Positions 1 through 12,777 of a stretch of DNA of 64,000 bases are shown here, piece by piece. Every line of letters starts with the position of its first letter. The stretch's first letter is position 1. The notes under the pieces are model-generated. The model searched no databases. It saw nothing but the letters and a program-made list of their open reading frames with translations, and was not told the DNA's origin. Location: positions 118,984 through 182,983 of the forward strand of contig ML992503.1 in assembly GCA_010093995.1 (NCBI GenBank), read 5' to 3'. Origin of the DNA: Elsinoe ampelina. Lineage: Eukaryota. Made by a program: the position numbers and the translations under genes.

Positions 1-3000
1 TATAGGCTCTTTATATACCTAATCTTAGTGTTAATTTAGTCTTCTATCGTAAGCTATATATAGATTTAGAAGTTTCTAGAGTTCTTAATTTAAATTCTTT
101 TCTTGTTCTTAATTTATAAAAGTAGCTACTACTTAAAGCTAGAATTCGAGGGGGGGTATATATTATCTAATCCCTCTTTAAGTAGTTAGCTAATTAAAAG
201 CTACATTCTAGATCTAAGCCCGGCTTAATTCTAGATTTAGCTAATTAGGACATAGTATTCCTTACTACTTAGCTAGTAATTATATTACACACTAAGTATG
301 TATATCTAACCTAGGATAAGCAATATAAGAATCTTATTAATTTAAGACCTGACAACTCTAATATAGAGTACTAACTCTAGCATAGGAGATTTGCTTACCT
401 TAGAGTTAAGAAGCTTAGGGATCTTTATAAAGTTATAACCCTTAAGAAGCTTATTAATTTAAACTATAATTTGTTAATCCTATATAAGGTCTATTCCTTA
501 ACAAAGATAAGAAATAGAAGAGGCAAAACTTTATAGAGAAGACTAGAGGTTCTTTAGCTTATTTATGCTAACATCTATAGCCTAATTAAAGTAAGTAGGG
601 AAGGATTTAGATACTTCCTAGAGCTTATAGATAGCTATTTAAGAATAATATAGATTATACTACTTAAGATAAGAGATAAAGCTCTATAGAGGCTTATTAA
701 GTAGAAGCTAAGGGTTAAGAAGGAAAGTAATACTAAAGTTAAGGTTACTAGATTAGATAATACTAGTAAGCTTAATAAGATCCTAAAGTAGTAAGAGCGC
801 TAAGAAGGCATCTATTATACAACTACTAAGCTATATAATTTAATCTAGAATAGACTAGTAGAGAAAGGCATCTAAACCTTAGAGAATAGTATAAGAGCAA
901 TACTTAAGGACTTAAAGATGCTAAATAAGTTCTAGCCTAAAGTAGTTTAGGTAGATATATATCTAAGGAACAGGACAGTAACTAGACCTATAATTAATAA
1001 TAAGTAAGTTACATTAATTAAGACCTATATAGGTATTAAGCTATTAGTTAATTATATTAGAGTCTAGAGCTATAAGGTATATACCTATATAAACCTAAAG
1101 TCTCTTCCTATATATAGAAGAAAAGATAAGCTTATAGACAGAGGGAGAGTAGAAGTATTTCTTAGCTATATAGATAGAACTAACAGGATATATAAGATAT
1201 AGGCGCCTAATAGGAAGGCAGTAATTATATTACTAAATGTTAAGTTCTCTAAATTTAAGAAAGGTAGGAATATTAATCTTAGTATTAAGATTAGTACTAT
1301 AAGTAATTAAGCACTAGTTAGGAGACTAATTAGTAGACTAACCTAGATCCGAGCCTAGCTTAATCCTAAGGTAGACTAATTAGATTAGCCTATTTAGCAA
1401 GAAGCGCCTATAGGGAGAATCTTCTTATACATTAAGATCCTAAGAGTTAACTCTATTAACCTTATAGAATTCTAACGTAAAGAAGAGCTAATAGTTTAAT
1501 CTATATTACTTAATTATATAGGTTAATTACTTAAGAGATTAAGAGATAAAGAATCTAATAATAAAGAGTCTAAGGTAAAGTATTATAGAGTATTTATTGC
1601 TAAGTATATTAATTAGTAAGATAAGGTTAATAAGATTACTATAACAGCCTCTATTAAGTAATATGTCCTAATTCTAAGAGACTACTATAAGGCTATTACT
1701 AATCTAGTTTAGGGAAGCAAGTAGTAGAAAGCAATTAATGTAGAGCTTAATACTCTAGAATTAAATAACACATAGGAAGAGGTTATTCCTCTAAAAGGAT
1801 TAAACTTAGTAACATCTAAGTAGGTCTTTAATGTTAAATACAATATAGATAGCTCTATTAAGAAGTTTAAGGCTAGACTTGTTACTAGAGGCTTCTTATA
1901 GAAGTATAGTATTAACTATAAAGACACATTTATACTAATAGTTAGAGTAGATACACTAAGACTATTCTTTGATATTGTATATATACTTAACCTTAAATGT
2001 TATTAGGTAGATATTAATAATACCTTTATAGAATTATTCCTTAGGGAAGTAATTTATATAAGGCTACTACCTAGACTTAAGGTCTAACCTAGTATTGCCT
2101 TCTATATTCTTAGGAGCTTATATAGACTTAAGTAAGCTACTAGAGATTAGAATTAGTACTACATCTCTAAGCTTTTAAAGCTAGGCTTTACTTAGAGCAA
2201 AGTAGACCTCTATCTTCTTATATACTATAATAAGAAGATTATTCTCTTAGTTTATGTTAATAACATACTATTTATAGCATAAAGCAAAGAGAACATCTAG
2301 TAGTTTAAGCAAGAGCTTAGTAGAATCTTTAAGATTAAGAATCTTAGTAAGGTTAGTAAAGTTCTTAGGGTTAAGGTTATAAGGGACAGATAATAAGGAA
2401 CCTTAAGGCTTAACTAGACCTACTATATAGATAATGTGCTATAGAGGCTTAATATAACCTCTAACAAGGCTACTCTAATAAAGTAGCTAATAGACAATAA
2501 GCTCCCTTAGAGAGCTTAGACTAAAGATGTAAGGTTTAGTAGAACTAAGTACTTATATACTATTAGAAGCTAGATATACCTTAGTACCCTAATAAGACTA
2601 GACACTACCTTTGCCTTAGGAAGGCTTAGTTAGTTTATAGCAGATCTAATAGACAGCTATACTATTAAGATAAAGAAGATATTAAGATATATTAGATTAA
2701 CTAAAGATCTTAGTATAGTGTTTAGGAGGAATAGTAATAAGACTCTTAAGGGATATTCTAATTTAGACTATACCTTAGACAAGATAGATAGAGTCTCTAT
2801 TCTTAGATACGTCTTTATACTTATAGGTGGTCCTATTAGCTAGATAAGTAGGAAGTAGAAGTCTATTTTAACCTCTACTATAGAGGCTAAATATATAGTA
2901 ATATACTCTTATATAAAGAGATTACAGTTTCTATCTTAGTTACTAAGAGACATAGGCTATTATAAGATAGTTAGTTAATTACCTTAGAAGCTAACTATAA

Positions 3001-3505
3001 AGGAGTCTTAGAAAGCAATAATAAGATTACCCTTTACTACTAAGATTAATAGTGATAACTAGGTAGCTCTTTTACTTATAAAGGAGCTATATACTTATAA
3101 AAGGGCAAAACACATTAATGTTACTTACTACTACGTTAGGAGGCTATAGAGGGACTAGAGAATATAGGTTAAGTTTGTAAGGATAGTAGACATAGTAGCT
3201 AATAGGTTAACTAAGCTATTATAAGGTTAGAACTTTACGAGGTTTATAAAGTAACTTAGCTTATTATTAACCTAATAGCTTATCTATAGGAGCTAAGTAG
3301 GAGTGCTAAGAATATAGCTCTCTCTAGATAATTAGGCCTAAAGGTTATATAACTACAAGTTATGTAATGCTAAGTCTTAGGGATTTATAGCTATTCTTTC
3401 CTTCGGTAGATAGACTTCTTAATTAATTAACTCGTCTATTACCTAACTAGTGTGCGGATTAGTTCTATATAATACTCTACTTCTAAACGTGTCTTCCGCT
3501 TAACA
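1..3505 (+). mobile_element. RIP-degraded Ty1/Copia LTR retrotransposon, copy A (5' part lies outside the window)
   Basis: Decayed Copia pol motifs: KKFKARLV(T)RGF at ~1860-1895, VYV(N)(N)I (from YVDD) at ~2250, GYS..DY at ~2750 and KHI(N)V.Y..VR at ~3105-3140. A polypurine tract precedes an LTR starting TG at 3304 and ending CA at 3505. Colinear with 9272-12777 at a constant offset of 9271. TpA excess and dense TAA/TAG stops are typical of RIP. Confidence 0.93.
3304..3505 (+). repeat. 3' LTR of Copia copy A
   Basis: TGCTAAGAAT...CCGCTTAACA; homologous to 7471-7659 and 12575-12777; preceded by PPT GGAGCTAAGTAGGAG. Confidence 0.92.
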
Positions 3506-4662
3506 TAGTTTAATATATTAAGTTACTATACTACTTACTAATATATATACCTATATAAAGGGATATAACTTAATATTACTACGATTTAACTATAATTTAC
3601 CCTCGGTAGAAGAATATTTATAGGTTAAAGAGTTTATAGAGATTAAGGAATAATTTTACTAAGGTTAGTACTAAGCCTAAGGTTTTTATAACTAAGATAT
3701 ATAAGACTAAGAAGGTAGTAGCTATAGATAACTTTACCTTCTATATATATATTTATATATTAATTTCTATATTAATTAATTTAGCTTTATTACTTCTATT
3801 ATTTAATATATATATTATACTAGTAACTTCTATATAAGGTAGATATATTAGCCCTTAAAATATAGCCTCTATTAGCTTTACCTATAGCGAACTAAATTAC
3901 GAGATAGATCTATATAATAGCTAAATTAGGCGTAGGTATAAGCGAGTCTATTTAACTACTAAGATAGCTTAAATTCTCTATCTAGTAAAACTACCTTCTC
4001 TAAAAACCTTACTTCTTTCTTTATACTTTATAAATATATATAAAAGAGTAGTCTATAATTTATACTAGCGCTTAACTTACTCTACTAGCTATTTAATAAC
4101 ACTATATAAGCTAGATAGCTCTCTATCTTAGCCTCTAGCTATAGCTAAAGTAGTACGCTTCTTAGCGATATATACTATAATTTTATAGTTAGTATCTAAC
4201 TCTATATTATGCTAACTACTATACTAATAAACGCCTTAAGATCTACTTCTACCTCTAGTAGTACTTGCCGAGCTATTATAACTAGTACTACTATACTCTA
4301 TCTCTAGTAGAGTAGGCGCTATAGTAGTAGCGATAGTAGTAGTATTAGTACTAGTCTTATTCTTCTTATTCTTCTTCTCTATCTTATCCTTCTTATCTAA
4401 CTAATTATTCTTACTCTAGTATAGGCCTTAGTAAGTAGAAAGAGATATTAACTAGTAATTAAGGTAAGTTACCTTAGCCTTAGTATCTTTCTCCTCTATA
4501 CTCTTTACTTTTTACTTATAAGGCTTCTATACCTCCTTAATAAAGAAGTTTATCTATAGCTTTAAATTTGTTATATTTTTTAATTTACTTAGATTATTAT
4601 AATAGTACTATATTTACTTCTTATATCGAGTCTTAATCTAGCCTTTAAATATATAAGTTAGA
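3506..4662. other. Unclassified RIP-degraded sequence, left part (host of the Gypsy insertion)
   Basis: AT-rich, CpA/TpG-depleted, no recognisable domain; joins 16234 onward once the Gypsy and one TTAGA TSD are removed. Confidence 0.55.
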
Positions 4663-4865
4663 TAATTACGACTAGCAAGATAAGAGGTTAATTACGTCTA
4701 TTCGTTAAGATATTAAGACTTAGAAGAAGAAGAAGAAAAGCTAGTATATAAAGCACATATAATATCGAGAGCGGAGCGGCCGGAAGTCTAGGCTATAATA
4801 CTAAGATTATATAACTAATCTAAACTAGATCCTAACTAAATCTAGTTCGTATCTATCTCGTATTA
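4663..4865 (-). repeat. 3' LTR of the Gypsy element
   Basis: TAATTACG...TCGTATTA (TG..CA termini apparently converted by RIP); near-identical to 16026-16228. Confidence 0.9.
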
Positions 4866-7470
4866 CTACTTTCTCTCTTAAGCGCGTTTACTCTTAAACG
4901 CTATTATATATTATTTATTAATCTATTTTAGCCTTAGCTTATCCGTGTAAGAGTCTAGATAGTTATATAGTATGTCGGCTACTTCTTTAAGGTTGTCGAT
5001 TAGCTACTAGGTAAGATCCTCTAGATAGCTCTTCTAGCTTATATAAGTAACTAGCTTCCCTTATAGTATATATATATTAATTACGTCGTCTACCTTATAC
5101 TTTTCCTTACTATTAATCTCTACTAGAGGTAGTTCCTTAAAGGCTTAGCCTAGTAGGGGGTTATTTAGGTGCTTAGTAAGGAGGTCGGCGTAGAATACGA
5201 AGTAAATCCTTTATAGAGTAGCTAGTAGATCGAGCTTATATACTAATAGTAACTATTTTTCGAGGATCTTATAAGGACTAATATACTTCGATAGTAGCTT
5301 TAGATTGCCCTATAGCTAAAGGTTTTTCGTCGATAACTACACTAAATCGCTAGCTTCGAACTCTATTAGCTAGTAGTGTTTATTAGCTTACTCTACTATT
5401 CGTAACTAAGTAATAGCAAGGTTAGCTTTAGTAATAGTAAGGGCTTCTTCTAGTTGTTTAGTAAGCGCGCGAATTTCGGCCTTATTAAGCTTAGCTCTTA
5501 TTAATAGTAAGTTAGTAGAGGGCTAGAAGCTTATTCTTAGCTTATATCCTCTAGTTACCTCGAATAGTAATAGCTTAGTACTTTCTAAGGGGTTAGCGTT
5601 TATAGAGAACTCTATAACTAGTAAGATAAGAGTCTAATTACTAAACTGTGTTATATAGGATTAAATAACTCGTTCGAACTCTCGGTTTATAACTTCTAAT
5701 TAGCTATCTATTTAAGGGTAGCCGGCGGTAGATAGCTTAGCTATAATCTTTAGGATCTAGTAGAGCCTCTTCTATACGTCGCTAACGAACTAAGGGCCGT
5801 AGTTAAAGGTAATACTATCTAGTAGGCTATATAGTTTCTATATATAGAAGAATAATAGCTTAGCTATCTTAAATATAGAGGTTTCTTCTTCTCCCTAGAG
5901 GTAAGGGATTAAGTGTCGCTTCTTAGATAAGCGATCGATAATATATAGTACTACGTTATAGCTATCTACTAGAGGTAGGCTAGTAACGAAGTCTATAGTA
6001 ATATATTACTAAGGTCTCACCGGAATAGGTAATAGCGATAGGAGGCTAGCTAGTAAGCTATAGCGAGCCTTTAAGCGCTTATAGTTGTAATAGTTAGCTA
6101 CGAACCTCTTAATAAAGTTATTATAGCTCGAGATATAAAAGGTAGTTTTAATTATAGTAGCCGTTTTAGTAGCTCCTCTATGTGTATAGTTCTTTAATAT
6201 ATAGACTTCTTAGATAACCTTTGCGGCTATTAACTATAGCATAAATAGTTAGCTAGCGACCTATAATACCTCTTTATTAATAGTAACATCGCTCGACAGT
6301 AGCTATTTCCTCTTTAGGAAGGCCTCTATTATATAGTAGATGCCTCTAACTGTTTTAAACTTAGCGTCTCGTAAGTTAGCTTTAGCTACTTCTTCGAAAA
6401 GAGGTAAAGATTCTTCCGTAGCTAAGATAGGTACTACGTAAATACCTAGTTCGGCGGCCGAAATAAGCGCCGATATAGGTAGCGAAATAGGAGGCAAAAT
6501 CGGTAGCGAACTAGATAGCAAACTAGTCCGCGAACTAGATACTAAACTAGATCTTAGTTCGGCTTAGATTAGTAATCTAGTTCGGATGCGACCTAGATTT
6601 AGTTCGTTAATAATACGCTAATCTAGCACCTTATATAGTAGTAGCGTCTAGCGTAGATTAGAGTCTTCTCTCGAACGTAGTATATCTCTATTCCTTCTTA
6701 TAAGCGTATTAGCCTTACTATTAGCGGCGCTAGGCCTATATATAATCTTAAAGTTAAACTATATAAGGTAGAGGGCCTAGCGTACTTAGTAGCGTAACAG
6801 CTTCTAAGTCTTTATAAAGTGTATTAAGGATTAGTAGTTAGTAAGAACATAGATAGCCTTATTAGATTAAGTACTTATAAGCTTAGGGGCCTATTTCTCG
6901 AAGGCTTAGACAATTACTAGTAGTTCCTTATCGTAGATAGCGTAGTTATATTCGGCTTTATTTATAGATTTACTAAAAAAGGTAATAGGCTAAAGAACAT
7001 TAGACTTGTTATATTACGATAGAATTCTAGCAGTAGTAGTATTAGAGGCGTTAGTCTTAAGGACTATCTACTTCGAGCGATCGAAATATATAAGGATAGG
7101 CGTACTTATAATAGTGTACTTTATATAGTTAAATACAGTAGTACACTTATCGTTCTATAGTGTAGCGTCCTTCTTAAGAAGATTATTTAGTAGCTTAGCG
7201 ATAGTGCTAAATCCCTTAATAAAGTAGCGATAGTAGCTATAGAAACTAATAAAGCTTCTTACCTAAGTAGTATTACTAGGAGCTAGCTATTTCTAGGCTT
7301 ATATAGCTTCTATCTTCTTTAGATCTATTTTAACTCTATCTTAGCTAATAATAATACTAAGATACTTTACCTCTATTAGGTAGGACTTACTCTTTTTAAT
7401 ATTAGCGTTTAGGTCTAATTCGTAGAGCCTCTAGAGTACTAGCTTAATATGCTTAGTATACTCTTAGTAG

Positions 7471-7659
7471 TGTTAAGAATATAGCTCTCTCTAGATAGTT
7501 AGGCTAGGAAGTTACATGACCTATAGTTATATAATACTAAGGCCTAGGGATTTTTTCTAGTAGATAGACTCTTTAATCAATTAACTTGTCTATTATCTAA
7601 CTAGTGTGCGGATTAGTTCTATATAATACTCTATCCCTAAATGTGCCTTTCGCTTAACA
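7471..7659 (+). repeat. 5' LTR of Copia copy B
   Basis: TGTTAAGAAT...CGCTTAACA; about 14 nt shorter than the 3' LTR because of an internal deletion. Confidence 0.92.
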
Positions 7660-10600
7660 GGTTATAAGCCTAGAGCTTATAGCACAAGTATAGAATTATA
7701 TATATAGTAGTTGGCCTACTACTTAAACAAAACGGAAGCGGAATTATAATATCCCTACCGCCTTATAGTTAACTATCTAGAGACCTTTAGTAAGCCTAGT
7801 AGACTATACTATAAGTCGTAAAAGATTATACTACTTAGGACAACAAGTAGGAATAGTACTTCTATTTAGTATAGGTTTAACTCCTGTAATTGTTCTACTA
7901 TAGCTACTGTTTATTAGCTAGATTAACTAAACATATTCGATTTACTAACTTCCTCTAAGGCCTAGCTAGCCTTATAGACAACTATTAACTAGAGGTTATT
8001 AACTAAACTTAACCTTTATCTATTTATTTAATTCTCTTCTCCTTAGAGAACTTAATTCCTAACTATAGAAGATTAGTCCTTATCTTTAAGAAGACTAGTT
8101 ATTAAGCTTAATAGACTTAACTAGAGAGAATAGTTCTACTAGATAGAAATGTACCTTATAAGTAAGAATGTCTTCTAGACTATTCGTAGTTAGACTACCC
8201 CTTTAGTAATACTATTATCTAATAACACCTCTAGCTCCTTTTTAGTCCTACTTATTAAGTTAAAAGACTAGTAAAAGGCTAATGTAACTACTAAGTACTA
8301 GGTTATCTAGTATATCTTATAAGATAATAAAAAGTTACTATATAAGGAAGAGCTTATATTAGAGTATTAGAGATTACTTAAGTCTAAGTACAAAACAAAC
8401 CTTAAGGCAAGCGTAAGGGAGCTAGTTATCTAATTTATAAACTATAAGATAGATAAGTAGGACACTATTAATAAAGCTTAGTCCTACCTTACTAGCCTAG
8501 GAAGACAGATTACTATTGTCTACCTAGATAAGGGTTATTAGAGGGTAGTAGAGAGATTATAGTAGCTTCTCTCTTCTCTTCCTAACAACTATAGGTTTAT
8601 AAGGTAAGTAATTAAAGTAAGGGGATTAAATAACATAGATAAGGTCCTTCTTGTTCTTAAGAAGGAAGAGAGACGCCTTAGTAAGCATAAGATTGCTATG
8701 TTTACTAGGGAGAGACTAAATTAAGGACCTAGTAGAAGTATAAGCTACATATATATCCTCTACTTATAGGCTAGTTACACTATAACTAGATACCCTTAAC
8801 TTTAAAGAGTATAGAGGCATATTTAGCCTTTCTATAGAATTACTAAGAGCCTACTAAGGAGGAGAAGATCTCTATTAGCTTCTAATAATCTAGTTACCCT
8901 TATTAGGCATCTTACTAAGAAGGTTAATAGACTAGAAGCAGCATCTAAGTTAAAGAAAGGCAAAGCCTTTGCTACTACTAAAGGCCGGTCCGAACCTTCC
9001 TCTCTAATCTTAACTCTACTACCTAAAGTTCTATTAGGTAAAGAGAAACTTAAGACTATAGGCTCTATATTAGAGGTGTAAGGTAAGCTTCTACATTATT
9101 AGTAGATACTTAACTCTAGAGTATCTAACTATATAATAGACAAGCTAACTCTCTTTAGGGGCCTATTAAGTAAGATACGCACTTAATAGATCTAGGTTAG
9201 AGGGGGTTACCTTTAGTTATAGTTAATAGGAACTATAGTTATTAGGACTAAGAAGGGAGATAAGATAAAGGTATAGGCTCTTTATATACCTAATCTTAGT
9301 ATTAATTTAGTCTTCTATTACAAGCTATATACAGATTTAGGAGTTTCTAAAGTTCTTAATTTAAATTCTTTTCTTGTTCTTAATTTATAAAAGTAGCTAC
9401 TACTTAAAGCTAGAATTCGAGGGGAAGTATACATTATCTAATTCCTCTTTAAGTAGTTAGCTAATTAAAAGCCGTATTCTAGATCTAAGCCCGGCTTAAT
9501 TCTAGATCTAGCTAATTAGGACATAGTATTCCTTACTACTTAGCTAGTAATTATATTATATACTAAGTATATATATCTAACCTAGGATAAGTAACATAAG
9601 AATCTTATTAATTTAAGACCTAACAACTCTAATATAGAGTACTAACTCTAGTATAGGAGATTTACTTACCTTAGAGTTAAGAAGCTTAGGGATCTTTATA
9701 AGGTTATAACCCTTAAGAAGCTTATTAATTTAAACTATAATTTGTTAATCCTATATAAGGTCTGTTCCTTAATAAAGATAAGGAATAGAAGAGGCAAAAC
9801 TTTATAGAGAAGACTAGAGGTTCTTTAGCTTATTTATGCTAACATCTATAGCCTAATTAAAATAAGTAGGGAAGGATTTAGATACTTTCTAGATCTTATA
9901 GACAGCTATTTAAGAATAATATAGATTATACTACTTAAGACAAGAGATAAAGCTCTATAGAGGCTTATTAAGTAGAAGCTAAGGGTTAAGAAGGAAAGTA
10001 ATACTAAAGTTAAGGTTACTAGATTAGACAATACTAGTAAGCTTAACAAGATCCTAAAGTAGTAGAAGCGCTAAGAAGGCATCTATTACACAACTACTAA
10101 GCTATATAATTTAATCTAGAATAGACTAGTAGAGAAAGGCATCTAAACCTTAGAGAATAGCATAAGAGCAATACTTAAGGACTTAAAGATACTAAATAAG
10201 TTCTAGCCTAAAGCAGTTTAGGTAGATATATATCTAAGGAATAGGACAGCAACTAGACCTATAATTAATAATAAGTAAGTTACACTAATTAAGGCCTATA
10301 TAGGCATTAAGCTATTAGTTAATTATATTAGAGTCTAGAGCTATAAGGTATATATCTATATAAACCTAAAGTCCCTTCCTATATATAGAAGAAAAGATAA
10401 GCTTATAGATAGAGGGAGAGTAGGAGTATTCCTTAGCTATATAGATAGAACTAACAGGATATACAAGATATAGGCACCTAATAGAAAGGCAGTAATTATA
10501 TTACTAAATATTAAGTTCTCTAGATTTAAGAAAGGTAGGAATATTAATCTTAGTATTAAGATTAGCACCACGAGTAATTAAGCACTAGTTAGGAGACTAA

Positions 10601-12574
10601 TTAGTAGACTAACCTAGATCTAAGCCCGGCTTAATCCTAAGGTAGACTAATTAGATTAGCCTATTTAGCAAGAAGCGCCTATAGGGAGAATCTTCTTATA
10701 TATCGAGATCCTAAGAGTTAACTCTATTAACCTTATAGAATTCTAACGTAGAGAAGAGCTAATAGTTCAATCTATATTACCTAATTATGTAAGTTAATTA
10801 CTTAAGAGATTAAGAGATAAAGAGTCTAATAATAAAGAGCCTAAGGTAAAGTATTATAGAGTATTTATTACTAAGTGTATTAATTAGCAAGATAAGGTTA
10901 ATAAGATTACTATAATAGCCTCTATTAAGTAATATGTCCTAATTCTAAGAGACTACTATAAGGCTATTACTAATCTAGTTTAGGGAAGCAAGTAGTAGAA
11001 AGCAATTAATGTAGAGCTTAATACTCTAAGATTAAACAACATATAGGAAGAGGTTGTCCCTCTAAAAGGATTAAACTTAGTAATATCTAAGTAGGTCTTT
11101 AATATTAAATACAACACGAATAGCTCTATTAAGAAGTTTAAGGCTAGACTTGTTACTAAAGGCTTCTTATAGAAGTATAGTATTAACTATAAAGACATAT
11201 TTGCACTAATAGTTAGAGTAGATACACTAAGACTGTTCTTTGCTATCGTATATATACTTAACCTTAAATATCATTAGGTAGATATTAATAATGCCTTTAT
11301 AGAATTATTCCTTAGAGAAGTAATTTACATAAGACTACTACCTAGACTTAAGGTCTAACCTAGTATTGCCTTCCGTATTCTTAGGAGCTTATATAGACTT
11401 AAGTAAGCTACTAGAGATTAGAATTAGCACTACATCTCTAAGCTTTTAAAGTTAGGCTTTACTTAGAGCAAAGTAGACCTCTATCTTCTTATATACTATA
11501 ATAAGAAGATTATTCTTTTAGTTTATGTTAATAATATACCATTTATAGTACAAAGCAAAGAGAATATCTAGTAGTTTAAGCAAGAGCTTAGTAGAATCTT
11601 TAAGATTAAGAATCTTAGTAAGGTTAGTAAAGTTCTTAGTATTAAAGTTATAAGAGACAGACAACAAGGAACCTTAAGGCTTAACTAAACCCACTATATA
11701 GATAATGTGCTATAGAGGCTTAATATAACCTCTAATAAGGCTACTCTAACAAAGTAGCTAATAGACAATAAGCTCCCTTAGAGAGCTTAGACTAAAGATA
11801 TAAGATTTAGTAGAACTAAGTACTTATATGCTATTAGAAGCTAGATGTACCTTAGTACTCTAATAAGGCTAGATACTACCTTTGCCTTAGGAAGGCTTAG
11901 TTAGTTTATAGCAGATCTAATAGACAGCTATACTATTAAGATAAAGAGGATATTAAGATATATTAGATTAACTAGAGATCTAAGTATTATATTTAGAAGG
12001 AATAGCAATAAGACTCTTAAGGGATATTCTAATTCAGATTATGCCTTAGATAAGACAGATAGAGTCTCTATTCTTAGATATGTCTTTATGCTTGTAGGTA
12101 GTTCTATTAGCTAGATAAGTAGGAAGTAGAAGTCTGTTTTAACCTCTACTATAGAGGCTAAATATATAGTAATATACTCTTATATAAAGAGATTACAGTT
12201 CCTGTCTTAGTTACTAAGAGATATAGGCTGTTATAAGATAGTTAGTTAGTCACCTTAGAAACTAACTATAAAGGAGTCTTAGAAAGCAATAATAAGATTA
12301 CTCTTTACTACTAAGATTAATAGTAATAATTAAGTAGCTCTTTTACTTATAAAGGAGCTATATACTTATAAAAGGGTAAAGCACATTAATGTTGCTTACT
12401 ATTACGTTAGGAGGCTATAGAGAGACTAGAGAATACAGGTTAAGTTTGTAAGGACAGTAGACATAGTTACTAATAGATTAACTAAGCTATTATAAGGTTA
12501 GAACTTTACAAGATTTGTAAAGCAACTTAGCTTATTATTAATCTAATAGCTTACCTATAGGAGCTAAGTAGGAG

Positions 12575-12777
12575 TGTTAAGAATATAGCTCTCTCTAGAT
12601 AGTTAGGCTAGGAAGTTATATAACCTATAGTTATATAATGCTAAGGCCTAGGGATTTATAAGCTGTTCTTTCTTCTAGTGAATAGACTCTTTAATTAATT
12701 AACTCGTCTATTACCTAACTAGTGTACGGATTAGTTCTATATAATACTCTATCCCTAAACGTGCCTTCCGCTTAACA
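12575..12777 (+). repeat. 3' LTR of Copia copy B
   Basis: TGTTAAGAAT...CCGCTTAACA, followed by TSD AGTAG. Confidence 0.92.

Larger units (their letters stand above)
7471..12777 (+). mobile_element. RIP-degraded full-length Ty1/Copia LTR retrotransposon, copy B, nested in the Gypsy RT
   Basis: LTRs 7471-7659 and 12575-12777 (TG...CA); TSD AGTAG at 7466-7470 and 12778-12782. The Copia-type PBS GGTTAT(A)AGCC follows the 5' LTR, and a PPT precedes the 3' LTR. Decayed protease (W.LDSG-like, ~9100), integrase, RT and RNase H (GYSNSDYA, ~12022-12045) lie in Copia order. Confidence 0.95.

Noticed and set aside
6303..6521. 72-aa ORF on the minus strand in the AT-rich block
   Set aside because: A chance stop-free remnant of the Gypsy pol between RNase H and integrase, not an independent gene.
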